Below, one piece after another: positions 1 to 10,185 of a stretch of 54,542 bases of DNA. The position numbers and the translations under genes are program-made. Each line of letters begins with the position of its first letter. Within the stretch, counting starts at the first letter, position 1. Source of the DNA: Cyanobacteria bacterium J06627_8 (GTDB lineage Bacteria; Cyanobacteriota; Cyanobacteriia; CAKZMO01); the NCBI GenBank assembly GCA_038520475.1, contig JBCBLF010000005.1:1-54542 (forward strand), given 5' to 3'. The notes under the pieces were generated by a model, which made no database searches, had not been told where the DNA came from, and saw only the letters and a program-made list of their open reading frames with translations.

Positions 1-2
1 CA

Positions 3-797
3 GCTCCAGTCGCCTATTCATCCGTTCAATCACCATCAGTGACTGTACTCGCTACATCCCGAGGGCCTGCACTGGTGGTTCGCGATCGCAACACGACGGG
101 TCTGATCTTTAGCGGCACTGATGCAGAGGCAACCTATACGGTGTTGCCGTTTCTTCGTTCTCAGGGCATCGGACGACTCAATTGGGCGATCGCCCCTACC
201 CTATCGGGAAACGATACCGGATGGCCTCGAATTGTGGAAACGCTCTCGGTTCAACGCCTGTATCATCAAGCTGCTAACTCGATTTTTGCTGAAGAATCCA
301 CCACTCAGCAGAGTGCAGCACGTTCAGTTTCAACAACTAGCAGCTCCACAACAGCGGAAGCATCCTCTGGAGAACCGGACTGGCTATCTCAGTCTGTCAC
401 CCATCTTGCCATTGAGCCTGGGCAACAGATTCATGGAGGCCGTATCCCCATTCAGTTTTTGGCAGACTATCCCATGATTTTGCGATTTCAAATGGGTGAG
501 TTTCGCTGGATGATATGCGATCGCCAACAGACAACCGCACCGGCTCCATCTTACGCACCCGAGACGGCAGATATCGTTTGGTGGTCAGGTGATGAGATTG
601 ATGCCCCGTGGATTGAGGCTCTGTTACCCAAAGTGGCGATCGCCCCAACCCTCAATGGTGATATCAGAACCCACGGTACTGCACCGAACACAGCAACACC
701 CCTGATTAGCGCTTATCAAACAAACGAATCAGGGGCGCTTCAATGGACAGCTGACAACGGCTTCATTCAATTTACAGTTAACCAGGAGCCCTATTAA
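3..797 (+). CDS. comEC: ComEC/Rec2 family competence protein, C-terminal part (5' end lies outside the window)
   Basis: Frame is open from the window edge. VTVLAT...LIFSG...TVLPFLRSQGI and terminal GALQWT resemble the degenerate metallo-beta-lactamase C-terminal region of cyanobacterial ComEC. Confidence 0.7.
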   Translation, partial: APVAYSSVQSPSVTVLATSRGPALVVRDRNTTGLIFSGTDAEATYTVLPFLRSQGIGRLNWAIAPTLSGNDTGWPRIVETLSVQRLYHQAANSIFAEESTTQQSAARSVSTTSSSTTAEASSGEPDWLSQSVTHLAIEPGQQIHGGRIPIQFLADYPMILRFQMGEFRWMICDRQQTTAPAPSYAPETADIVWWSGDEIDAPWIEALLPKVAIAPTLNGDIRTHGTAPNTATPLISAYQTNESGALQWTADNGFIQFTVNQEPY

Positions 798-808
798 CGC
801 ACTTCATG

Positions 809-3115
809 TTAGCGTTCGGACTTAGCGGTCTTCTCACGATCAATCTTCAGCACCAGCACACTTAGTGGTGGTAAGCACAGATCGATGGAATATGGACGAT
901 TGTGAAATGCCCATTCATCTGACCATTTACCGCCGAGATTCCCCATATTGCTGCCGCCGTATTCTCTGGAATCGCTATTGAACAGCTCCGTGTAAAAGCC
1001 ATGCTCAGGTGTTCCAACTCGGTAATGGGCATGGGGTTGCGGCGTGAAGTTACAGACCATGATCAAGTACTCATCCGGATCATCTTTTGCTCGACGAATG
1101 AAGGACACCACACTATGGCGATTGTCATTACAATCAACCCACTCAAAGCCCTCTTGAGTAAAGTCTTGGGTGTAGAGTGCGATCTCACTGCGATACAGCT
1201 CATTCACACGACTGAAGAAATGCTTGAGCTCTTGGTGTGGCTTATATTGAAGCAAATGCCACTCCAAATCACTCCATACGTTCCACTCACTCCATTGACC
1301 AAACTCCATACCCATGAAGAGCGTCTTCTTTCCGGGATGGGTAAACATGTAAGTAAATAGACATCGGAGACTTGCAAACTTCTGCCACTCATCTCCGTGC
1401 ATCTTGCCGATCATTGGGCTCTTGCCGTGGACGACCTCGTCATGGGAGAGCGCCAGCATGAAGTTCTCGCTGAAGGCATACCAAATACTGAAGGTTACGT
1501 TGTTTTGGTGGAACTGACGGAACCACGGGTCCATATTGAAATAATCGAGCATGTCATGCATCCAGCCCATGTTCCACTTGAGATTGAAGCCGAGTCCGCC
1601 AACATAGGTCGGCCATGACACCATTGGCCAAGATGTGGACTCTTCTGCAATGCTCAGCGTTCCGGGATAGTAGCTGAAGATCAAATGATTCATCTGACGA
1701 AGGAAGTCAGCAGCTTCCACATGCTCGCGTCCGCCATATTGATTAGGAAGCCACTCCCCATCTTTCCGGAAATAGTCGAGGTAGAGCATCGAGGCAACGG
1801 CGTCGACCCGAATGCCATCAATATGATATTTATCAAACCAAAAGAGTGCATTCGCGATTAGGAAATTGCGGATTTCGTTTCGGTTGTAATTGAAAACCAG
1901 CGTTCCCCACTCTTTGTGTTCGCCTTTCCGAGGATCAGCATGTTCATAGAGATGTGTTCCATCAAAGAAGGCTAGTCCATGACCGTCTTTCGGAAAGTGT
2001 CCAGGAACCCAATCGACTAGAACACCAATGTTGTTGGCGTGGCACTGGTCCACGAAATACATGAAATCTTCAGGGGTTCCATAACGAGATGTCGCCGCGT
2101 AGTAGCCGGTGACTTGATAGCCCCATGAGCCATCAAAGGGATGCTCAGCAATCGGCAATAACTCAATGTAATTGAAGCCGAGTTCTTTGACGTAGGGGAT
2201 AAGCTTGTCTGCGAGTTCTCGATAGGTTAAGAATCGTCCACCGATGTCATATTCTGATGGATGAATGACTGGAACAGGGTTCCCAGCTGCATCTACAGCT
2301 GACTCACTCGATGCCCCATGCAGCCAAGATCCTAAATGAACCTCATAGACAGAAATAGGCTGTGTTAATGGGTCGGTGTGGCGACGCTGCTCCATCCAAG
2401 CATCATCGTTCCAATGGTAGGAATCTAAGTCAGTGACGATAGACGCTGTTTTCGGTCGCACCTCTTGCTGAAATCCGTAGGGATCAGACTTTTCGTAGAT
2501 GTGTCCCTCAATATTTTTAACTTCGTATTTGTAGTGTTCGCCGTTTCCAACATCTGGAATGAACAAATCCCAGACCCCATTTCCCATTCGGCGCATCTGG
2601 TGTTGACGACCATCCCAGTTGTTGAAGTCACCGAGTATGGAGACGTTGCGAGCATTGGGTGCCCACACGGCGAAGTAGACCCCGCTGACGCCGTTGATCG
2701 TCGTCGCGTGGGCACCCAATTTTTCGTAAATGCGGTGATGGTTGCCTTCGGAAAACAGATGAATGTCAAATTCAGTCAGCTTAGGCGATCGAAAGGCATA
2801 CGGATCATAGGTTACGCGTTCATGTTCGCCTTCTTTAACACGGAGCTGATAATTCGATAACTCTGGTGCGTCCGTGTCAGATGCGTTGAGCTTGCACTCA
2901 AAAAAGTTGGGATGATGCACAGCCTGCATCGAATATTCTGTGCGATCTTCCGGAAACACAACCCACGCAGCTTCGGCACTCGGAAGATAGGCTCTAACGA
3001 CCCATGTCGCGGTTCCATTATCTTGAACTTTATGAGGCCCTAACACCTCAAACGGATCCTGATGTTGGTTCCAGACAATCCGATCAATCTGCTCTGGAGC
3101 AACGGTCATGGTCAT
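809..3115 (-). CDS. glgB: 1,4-alpha-glucan branching enzyme
   Basis: 768 aa GH13 protein with FAVWAPNA, YEVHLGSW, SWGYQVTGYY, DWVPGHFP, GIRVDAVASMLY, AEEST and LSHDEVVHGK motifs. Confidence 0.98.
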   Translation of the reverse strand: MTMTVAPEQIDRIVWNQHQDPFEVLGPHKVQDNGTATWVVRAYLPSAEAAWVVFPEDRTEYSMQAVHHPNFFECKLNASDTDAPELSNYQLRVKEGEHERVTYDPYAFRSPKLTEFDIHLFSEGNHHRIYEKLGAHATTINGVSGVYFAVWAPNARNVSILGDFNNWDGRQHQMRRMGNGVWDLFIPDVGNGEHYKYEVKNIEGHIYEKSDPYGFQQEVRPKTASIVTDLDSYHWNDDAWMEQRRHTDPLTQPISVYEVHLGSWLHGASSESAVDAAGNPVPVIHPSEYDIGGRFLTYRELADKLIPYVKELGFNYIELLPIAEHPFDGSWGYQVTGYYAATSRYGTPEDFMYFVDQCHANNIGVLVDWVPGHFPKDGHGLAFFDGTHLYEHADPRKGEHKEWGTLVFNYNRNEIRNFLIANALFWFDKYHIDGIRVDAVASMLYLDYFRKDGEWLPNQYGGREHVEAADFLRQMNHLIFSYYPGTLSIAEESTSWPMVSWPTYVGGLGFNLKWNMGWMHDMLDYFNMDPWFRQFHQNNVTFSIWYAFSENFMLALSHDEVVHGKSPMIGKMHGDEWQKFASLRCLFTYMFTHPGKKTLFMGMEFGQWSEWNVWSDLEWHLLQYKPHQELKHFFSRVNELYRSEIALYTQDFTQEGFEWVDCNDNRHSVVSFIRRAKDDPDEYLIMVCNFTPQPHAHYRVGTPEHGFYTELFNSDSREYGGSNMGNLGGKWSDEWAFHNRPYSIDLCLPPLSVLVLKIDREKTAKSER

Positions 3116-3374
3116 ATATAAGTACCTATCTAAACTGTGCGTCTACGTTTCGTTTATTAACTGCGCAGGACTTACGCATTTCATACAAGGTCCTGGGCTC
3201 TAGGAATGGTTTTTCACGGGCGCAGCCCATGAGAAACCGTTTAACTACGTAAGTCCTACTGATGTTGTTTTAGTAGTTACGCAAATTATGAAGAAATTTT
3301 GCCCAGATGTAAATTGATGGGCATCTCAAGTTATGAGATTCACCCATTTTGCATAGGCAAATATTCACACTACG

Positions 3375-3463
3375 ACAGCTGTAGCCAACTTAGTGATGAC
3401 ACCAGTATCTAAGAGAGTGTGCAGCTCCTGAGAATATCCTGAGCCCAGTGGTTGTTGGACTAC
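3375..3463 (+). repeat. Degenerate copy of dispersed repeat family A (TATAGC...GCTATA-type MITE-like)
   Basis: 3377-3402 matches 4939-4964 at 22/26 nt; the right end resembles TGTCCTAAAACCAATGACTATGGCTA with mostly transitions. Confidence 0.55.
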
Positions 3464-3540
3464 GCAATTCTACTGTATCTCGTGCTTGTCCGTGGATAAC
3501 AGATTGCTCCTACTATTCGAAACCATGCGCCAAGCCCAAT

Positions 3541-3588
3541 TGATCGCAGAGTTGCAGATTCGGAGAGGAGTCTGCAACTCTGCGATCA
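3541..3588. terminator. Long hairpin downstream of the serine hydrolase gene
   Basis: TGATCGCAGAGTTGCAGATTC / GAGTCTGCAACTCTGCGATCA, 21-bp stem with one imperfect pair, 6-nt loop. Confidence 0.6.
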
Positions 3589-3609
3589 GTTAGAGTGTAG
3601 ACACTAGCG

Positions 3610-4857
3610 CTATTCAGTCAAACCAGCAATCATGCTGCGATAGAGCTGAGTCAAGATGTCTTCGTTAAGAGCCTGCTCAGTTGAATTCCATGTTGCTGAT
3701 ACGCAATAGGTGTTGCCTTCCTCATTCACCAATCGTGTTGTCATGTTGAGCACACCAGGCTCTGATCCACCTTTGAAGGCGATGTTTTTCCAGTTGATTG
3801 GATTCGCTACCCCAGGATTAATCTGCATGGCCGGAAGGTTAGCGACGGAGTCCATCAACGTGCACAGTTCGCGTGGAGAGAAGAACCACTCTACGTCGAG
3901 TGCGATGGGCGAACCTGTAAATGTGTTGACACTCGGTAGTGGGCGATCGCCCAAATCTTCCAGTAGTTTGCGCCGAGCCTCGCGATCGCCGTCGCGGTAT
4001 TGGCGAAGCAACCGAGCATTTTCAGGGTTCTTCAGCGTGAATAACTCTCTGGTTGTCAAAAGAGGTTGATTTCGTTCAGCCATGGCTTCAACCGCTTCAC
4101 GACCAACGCTCTGAATCAATACGTCAGTGGCGGTGTTGTCGCTCAAGGCAATCATCAATTTTGCTAGCGTATCCACAGTGACGAAGGAGCCGTCAGGCCA
4201 ATCTTGCATGAGGCCACTCGGTAGACTCTTCAAATCGGGTTGAAGTTCAACAACGGTATCCCACGTCAATAGACCGGACTCGATTTGCTGGTTGAGTGCG
4301 GCTAAAACTGAAAGCTTAAATGCTGAACCAACAGCAAGCGCTTGATCCGCATTTAAATCCACCAGAGTTTCATCATCCTGTGTGACGAGCACGCTGGTTT
4401 CATACGGGGACGACTCGATAACGGCGATCGCCTCATCGAGATCAATTGGAATGGATGCAGGCTCAAAAAAGAGACCAGCAATGCGCCCATCTTCCTCTAA
4501 TCGAATTTGAGCAGGAACCGTTCCCCGTGAAAATCGAATAGCCAACCCATCTGCCGTTTCTTGAACATTCTGGAAAGCCCCGAGTTGAGTCGAGATATCT
4601 GTTAGAACATCTTGAATTTGGGCGACCGGAATCTGTTCTAAAAAGGAAGGAATAAACCAATCGGCACTAACTTCAGATGTCGTAAACAGTCGCTCCAGAA
4701 CGCGCTGTTGTGATGACGAGGCGGTTTCTGTCATTTCTACAGAAGGAGATGTCTGCCCGATCACATTCGGTAGAAGCGCATTGTTGCCTACCCAAGATGC
4801 CGGAACAACGAACAATAATAGACAAGAAATCAGGGCAATCATTGAATACTCCTTCAA
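3610..4857 (-). CDS. Secreted serine hydrolase, class A beta-lactamase/PBP-like (LpqF-like) with an N-terminal accessory domain
   Basis: Hydrophobic N-terminal signal; SxxK (GSAFK), SDN and KGG motifs. Confidence 0.85.
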   Translation of the reverse strand: MKEYSMIALISCLLLFVVPASWVGNNALLPNVIGQTSPSVEMTETASSSQQRVLERLFTTSEVSADWFIPSFLEQIPVAQIQDVLTDISTQLGAFQNVQETADGLAIRFSRGTVPAQIRLEEDGRIAGLFFEPASIPIDLDEAIAVIESSPYETSVLVTQDDETLVDLNADQALAVGSAFKLSVLAALNQQIESGLLTWDTVVELQPDLKSLPSGLMQDWPDGSFVTVDTLAKLMIALSDNTATDVLIQSVGREAVEAMAERNQPLLTTRELFTLKNPENARLLRQYRDGDREARRKLLEDLGDRPLPSVNTFTGSPIALDVEWFFSPRELCTLMDSVANLPAMQINPGVANPINWKNIAFKGGSEPGVLNMTTRLVNEEGNTYCVSATWNSTEQALNEDILTQLYRSMIAGLTE

Positions 4858-4935
4858 TCGCCATCACAGACTGCTTCACCATAGCTCATATCCCATCAGA
4901 CTAATAATGCTGATGCCGTTTGCGCATCTTATCGC

Positions 4936-5029
4936 TGTAGCTGTAGTCAGCTTAGTTATGAAACGGCATTGTTTGGGGCGCACGGAACGCGCCCCAAACA
5001 ATGTCCTAAAACCAATGACTATGGCTATA
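4936..5029 (+). repeat. Dispersed repeat family A (MITE-like, imperfect terminal inverted repeats plus internal hairpin)
   Basis: Ends TGTAGCTGTAGTCA / TGACTATGGCTATA; perfect 15-bp internal stem CATTGTTTGGGGCGC / GCGCCCCAAACAATG. Confidence 0.7.
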
Positions 5030-5202
5030 ACAGGCTACATATGCCAGAATGCACAACGCTGCATGCAGATCTGCATGCTCCATGGATATTTGATATGGCT
5101 TAATTTAGTCTGCCCTGAACACTCACTCAGTACGCTTAGTCGACTCTTACAATCTCCCCGATATCTAGCAGAATGTCTCCCTTATTTCAGGAGTTAGATC
5201 GT

Positions 5203-5712
5203 TCAGGAGTCAGATTGAGTCCGCTCTGATGGCTCTAACTGCCCAGGTGGATGTTGTGGCGAAGGCTTTGTTTGAAAAAATAAAGCCCCGAGGAAGACCA
5301 ACACTGCACCTGCGAGAAATGCTCCAAGGATTTTATTGCCATTCAACGGATGATAGTGGACGTGATACTGGATTGACTGTTGGTCGCTTTTAGGGGGCTT
5401 GATCTGATCTGACGATAAAGGTGGCTCAATTGCTTCAGCTTCTGTTGATGACACGGACGAGGGGAATTCAGATTTTTTAGCCCCGCTAATGTCATCCCAC
5501 ATAATCAAGCAATCTGGGAACACATTGAAGAGATCTGACGTCTCTGATGGTGTTACGTGATTTGGCGATCGCCTTCTACTGGGATCTGGATTGGAAGAAG
5601 CAGTATCAGAGTAGGTGTCGGCCATGAACTTGGTTCGTACGGAAAATAAGGTCGGCATAATTGGCACAATTCGTAAGGCTTCGGTTTCACGAAATGAATG
5701 GTTGCGACTCAT
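5203..5712 (-). CDS. Hypothetical protein with one C-terminal transmembrane helix (true start may be downstream, e.g. MADT...)
   Basis: 169-aa ORF, Ser/Pro-rich, with hydrophobic ILGAFLAGAVLVFLGALFF. Confidence 0.5.
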   Translation of the reverse strand: MSRNHSFRETEALRIVPIMPTLFSVRTKFMADTYSDTASSNPDPSRRRSPNHVTPSETSDLFNVFPDCLIMWDDISGAKKSEFPSSVSSTEAEAIEPPLSSDQIKPPKSDQQSIQYHVHYHPLNGNKILGAFLAGAVLVFLGALFFQTKPSPQHPPGQLEPSERTQSDS

Positions 5713-6305
5713 CTGAATCGCTGTAAGTAATGGTCAATAGCCGAGTTAGCTGCATCAGTGAACACAGTGACGATGCTGTGCAGCAAAAGATGATAGATGG
5801 ATGTGTCCTGACAGCACTCTCTCAATCGTTACCGATCACCCAAGTCTGAACACTCGCCTGGGGCTCTGGGTGATCAAGGGTCGGTAAATTCGATGACTCA
5901 GTATCGCTCGATTTCGGACAGTCATCAGTGATAATTCGACGGTACTGCGGTGATGACCGCAGAGCATTTGCGTGATAATCCACACCGAGTTTTATGATTT
6001 AAGTCCGTCATTTCAGTGATTTCACAGCTTTCAATAACATTTAGACATACAAGCGATGCTGAATGGAGGAACCTGTTACGCTGAAAAACAATGGTCAACT
6101 CTGCTGCACTAATGTTCAATGCCATTGGTTGAATGATGAGTGAACGGTAGCGGTGAGCCATAGCCTAAAGCAGCGCTGATGACTAAATACCAGAGGCTTT
6201 CTTTATGGTCATTGGGTGGCAGCAGTGCAGTCTGTTTGGCATCGGTTACGTTGAAATTAAAAATCTTTTTTCCCTTTAGAACATCGTTCTGAATATTTAG
6301 TACTC

Positions 6306-6827
6306 ATGCCTAGAACTCAGCGAAACGATAACTTTATCGATAAATCCTTCACGGTAATGGCTGACTTGATTCTCAAGCTTTTGCCAACTCAGCAGCAATC
6401 GAAAGAAGCGTTTGCTTACTACCGTGATGGCATGTCTGCTCAAGCAGACGGAGAATATGCTGAAGCCATGGACAACTATAAAGAAGCCCTAGGGCTAGAA
6501 GATGATCCGTATGATCGGAGCTATATTCTCTACAACATGGGGCTGATTCACGCGAGTAATGGAGAGCACGATGAGGCTCTTGCTAAATATAATGAAGCTG
6601 TCGACTTGAATCCTCGCATGCCTCAAGCACTGAACAATATTGCGGTGATTCACCATTTCTTAGGTGAGCGCGCAAAAGATGCTGGCAAAACAGAAGAGTC
6701 TGATGCTCATCTGGATCAAGCAGCTGAATATTGGGAACGCGCGATTCGTCTGGCTCCCAACAACTACATTGAGGCGCAGAACTGGCTTAAGACCACTGGA
6801 CGTTCAAAAATGGATGTATTCTTTTAG
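6306..6827 (+). CDS. ycf3: Photosystem I assembly protein Ycf3
   Basis: [20 protein letters not shown] start, TPR repeats, [15 protein letters not shown] end. Confidence 0.98.
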   Translation: MPRTQRNDNFIDKSFTVMADLILKLLPTQQQSKEAFAYYRDGMSAQADGEYAEAMDNYKEALGLEDDPYDRSYILYNMGLIHASNGEHDEALAKYNEAVDLNPRMPQALNNIAVIHHFLGERAKDAGKTEESDAHLDQAAEYWERAIRLAPNNYIEAQNWLKTTGRSKMDVFF

Positions 6828-6939
6828 AAGCAATTGGCTATGGGCCGCTGGTCACCGTCCAGTTGCAGGCTCAGTTTAAGACAGCGTCTTAGGCTGACGG
6901 ATTGAATAGGCTTCACATACAGATTCAGAATTAGACGTT

Positions 6940-7227
6940 ATGCTCGATCGCGAACAAGTTCATAAGGTTGCTACATTGGCTCGCCTAGCGCTCACTTCCG
7001 AAGAAGAAGAGCGATTGACTACCCAATTGGGAAGCATCCTTGACTATTTTGAGCAACTCAATGAACTAAATACTGAAAACGTTCAGCCGACAGCTAGAGC
7101 GATTGATGTGAGCAATGTGACGCGTCAAGATGCGCTCGACACCTGGGAAGAGCGAGAAGCTATTTTAGGCTGCGCCCCCGACCGAGACGGTGACTTTTTC
7201 AAGGTTCCCAAGATTATTAATGGTTAA
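6940..7227 (+). CDS. gatC: Asp-tRNA(Asn)/Glu-tRNA(Gln) amidotransferase subunit C
   Basis: 95 aa, VHKVATLARL...FFKVPKI. Confidence 0.96.
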   Translation: MLDREQVHKVATLARLALTSEEEERLTTQLGSILDYFEQLNELNTENVQPTARAIDVSNVTRQDALDTWEEREAILGCAPDRDGDFFKVPKIING

Positions 7228-7338
7228 TGTGCTGAAGTGCGGATTTGACAGGGACTTCTAACGGTTTAAGTCGTGTCATTGTGCGGGTTTAATGCTTTTG
7301 AACGCATTTCCCATCGTTCTATGCCAATTGATTCAGCA

Positions 7339-7440
7339 ATACAACTTGGCAATCTTCTCAAATTCATTACGAAGAGATAGAGGGTTTGGGCGCGTGGGCG
7401 CGTCCAAACCCTCTATCTCTTCGTGAACTTAACCCGGTCT
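7339..7440 (+). repeat. Dispersed repeat family B, copy 1
   Basis: Starts ACAACTTGGCAATCTTCTCAAAT; 26-bp stem 7369-7394 / 7399-7424 with one G-T pair. Confidence 0.75.
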
Positions 7441-7536
7441 CCTGTTAGCCAGATGTTGTGAGACGCGCCGCGCCAAAATATCTCTGCTGGACTTAATGTA
7501 GTTGCGCGCTGCTACGCACCGAGAGCAGACCTATCT

Positions 7537-7977
7537 TCACTTTGGAAATAGCCAACCCATTGTGCTTCTAACCATTTTTCGTAAGACCCATCCAAAGATA
7601 AATTGCACGGGTTGATGGCTGGGTTGCACCGGCGATCGCTCAAGCACTCGGGTGTGATTTTCTTTCGCAGAGCGATCAGGATAACGTTGGAGCGGCCACC
7701 CGCACCCTGAACCTGATTTGCTGACAATCGGCATCCCATACCCAACTTGAGAATAGGCAGGTAATTGATTGAAATGATGCCCATATTGATTGGCTTTCGC
7801 TAGCTGACGAGCCAAGTGTTGAGAATGGCGATCGCCTGAGAACTGGCGAGCCTGGGGCACACTGAATGGCGATCGCGTATGGTGGCTTGCTCTATGGTGC
7901 TGAGCCCCGTCTTTGGAATCTATCTCTGACACAGATTCAGTTTGATCGATCGAGGGTCTTAGAACGTGGAGCTGCAT
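7537..7977 (-). CDS. Hypothetical small protein (low-complexity leader with GHHF and PxQ motifs; cationic amphipathic C-terminus)
   Basis: 146-aa ATG-started ORF in an otherwise unexplained 1.3-kb gap. Confidence 0.5.
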   Translation of the reverse strand: MQLHVLRPSIDQTESVSEIDSKDGAQHHRASHHTRSPFSVPQARQFSGDRHSQHLARQLAKANQYGHHFNQLPAYSQVGYGMPIVSKSGSGCGWPLQRYPDRSAKENHTRVLERSPVQPSHQPVQFIFGWVLRKMVRSTMGWLFPK

Positions 7978-8585
7978 GGTTTTGTCTCTAAACGAAGCGA
8001 GACGACTCGCCCTTAACAGAGAAAGCGATCGCCCACCTGATGCGTATTTTAACTGGGCGATCGCCGTTCTTTCATTAGCCTTTTCGCTAGTATTTGCGCT
8101 ACGACTTAGACGATTACGTTGAGAGAGTTGCGATGCTACTCGGTCAAAACAATCAGAATCTGTTGAACTCGCTCTCCAGATTGAACGATCTTATCTATTT
8201 TCTCAAGACTGTCAGGTTTATGGTCTGTTCGGTTCTAGGTTTGATTGTTTTTAAGGATATAACGTGGCCCATCTTCTCATGCATCGATTGGGTTGCCGTC
8301 AATGACTTCTGATTCGGTCAAATAAGCTTCAATAGTCCCAAGGCCTTGCCCTTCTCTATATTTCTAGGTTACCTTATCGCCTTCTTCAAACTTCTTACTC
8401 ATCTTTTTTGTCGTGTGAAAAGCAGCGCCATATCCACGAAAGGGCCTTGGGAACTAGTCTTATCTGTTTTTACAGTAGAGAGTGATCGTTAATCCTGAGT
8501 GTAAGAAGATAAGTAAGATTAGATGTCTATATTTTGGCGCATGTTATTTTGGCATCTCTCAATCTCTTGATCGTTCTCTTGATCG

Positions 8586-9845
8586 TTAGAGACCAAAGAT
8601 TCTGAACAGGCTAAAGATTGAGACGGCAGGAGACAATGCCCGAGAGATGCTGTCCGTTACGCGAGTAAAGGTGGAGCGATCGACGACGACCGTATCATTG
8701 GGGCGGAGAATGGGATTGTTCTCATTGTTGGGGCTTGCTGACAGATCGACGTCAATTTCTCGATTGGTGATAGTTCCATTTGGGTTTAGCTGCACCAGAT
8801 CAACTCGTCTTCGACGGGCACGACTTGTGAAGCCCCCAGCTCTGAGAATCGCTTCATTGAGGGAGGTGTTGGGGGGCACTTCAATTACACCAGGGTTTCC
8901 GACTTCTCCAACAACAGTGACAGGGATGCTCTCAGGGGAGATGTTTGCGTCCGCAAGTTCGGCAGACTCATCCAAAAACAGGACAGGTGCTTCGGGAACG
9001 ATGACGCGATCGCCATCTTGAAGGGCAATATCTTGTCGTAGATCTGACTCTTGTAAGAGTCGCCACAAATTGACTGAAATGACTGTCTCAGGTTGATTTG
9101 GATTACCTGCAAATCGCTGAACTTGAATGGAGCGAACGTCAGCGACCTGTGTGATACCACCTGCGATTTGAATCGCTTGAGTCACGGTGGGCAATCCATC
9201 TGTGTCTTCCAGGGAGACTCGATATGAACCCGGACGTGTCACTTCACCCGTTACCGCAAGTGTGATTGGTCGGGCTTCAAACAGTCGAATAGAGACTAAG
9301 GGACGCCTCAAAATCGCGGCATATTCTCGTGAAATGCGAGCTGATGCTTGCTCAATCGTTAGCCCTCTGACGTTAACTCGGTTGATGAATGGCATACGTA
9401 GTGTGCCATCTGCCAGCACCTCAAATTCGCCACTATATTCTGGTGACTCGAATACCTCAATTTGAAGGCGATCGCCAGCTCCGAGGATATAGTCTTCAAT
9501 CACAACCGTTGAGGCGTCAATGGCATCGACGGTGTCAATAACATCCACGGTATCCACAGCATCGATGGTATCGACGGTATCAACCGTATCTACGGTATCA
9601 ACTGTATCGACAGGATTAATCGTTGATGTTGGCGGCGATGGCAAAGTGGGTCCAGGTTGTGTCGAGTCTAATTCATCCGCATGAACCGGTAGCGCTACGC
9701 TTGTGCAGAATGCAAGGAATCCAAAGCCTAAGATTCCAGTGAGCAGCGTGTGTCCCTTCACCCGTTGCCTGGCCTTGCGTAGAAGCGTTATGGTCGGCCT
9801 GACCAGAAAATTATCACCGGATCGGATGTATTGAGGTTGACGCAT
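8586..9845 (-). CDS. Polysaccharide export outer-membrane protein (OPX, Wza/KpsD family) with SLBB domains
   Basis: YILGAGDRLQIEVF...VLADGTLRMPFI Poly_export motif; two GEV..PG SLBB repeats; C-terminal amphipathic helix. Confidence 0.9.
   Translation of the reverse strand: MRQPQYIRSGDNFLVRPTITLLRKARQRVKGHTLLTGILGFGFLAFCTSVALPVHADELDSTQPGPTLPSPPTSTINPVDTVDTVDTVDTVDTIDAVDTVDVIDTVDAIDASTVVIEDYILGAGDRLQIEVFESPEYSGEFEVLADGTLRMPFINRVNVRGLTIEQASARISREYAAILRRPLVSIRLFEARPITLAVTGEVTRPGSYRVSLEDTDGLPTVTQAIQIAGGITQVADVRSIQVQRFAGNPNQPETVISVNLWRLLQESDLRQDIALQDGDRVIVPEAPVLFLDESAELADANISPESIPVTVVGEVGNPGVIEVPPNTSLNEAILRAGGFTSRARRRRVDLVQLNPNGTITNREIDVDLSASPNNENNPILRPNDTVVVDRSTFTRVTDSISRALSPAVSIFSLFRIFGL
9516..9612 (-). 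repeat. Degenerate 9-bp coding tandem repeat encoding (V/I)D(T/A) x ~10
   Basis: Protein PVDTVDTVDTVDTVDTIDAVDTVDVIDTVDAIDAS. Confidence 0.85.
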
Positions 9846-10185
9846 GATGTCTTGATGGCTATGGCAGTCTAATTCGCGACAGGTATGGAGCTAACGAAAG
9901 TCACACCTTCATCACTACTTTTGCAAGGCAACTGATGGTAGTCAGGATAATCCGTGTAACCTGATCAGTTGCAGATGTCACATTTGTTGATCTCGCGACG
10001 GTTCTGAGCTCAAAAAGTGCGGCGCCAAGGCTAGCGATCGCTACATCTTTATCCCCTTCGTGATGTTTTTATCAGTTTTGTAGAGTTAATCAAGTTTTCC
10101 TGATTCATAGGGTCTGCGTATGATCAAGAAAGCAAGGGAGCCCTGAAGATAAATCGGTTACATAACAGGGACATCGATACGCAGC

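Noticed and set aside
4781-5197. 138-aa plus-strand ORF
   Set aside because: Overlaps the hydrolase start in antisense and runs through a family A repeat; no protein-like features.
8563-8587. Tandem TCTCTTGATCGT x2 at the OPX stop codon
   Set aside because: A single short duplication with no further copies; likely slippage.
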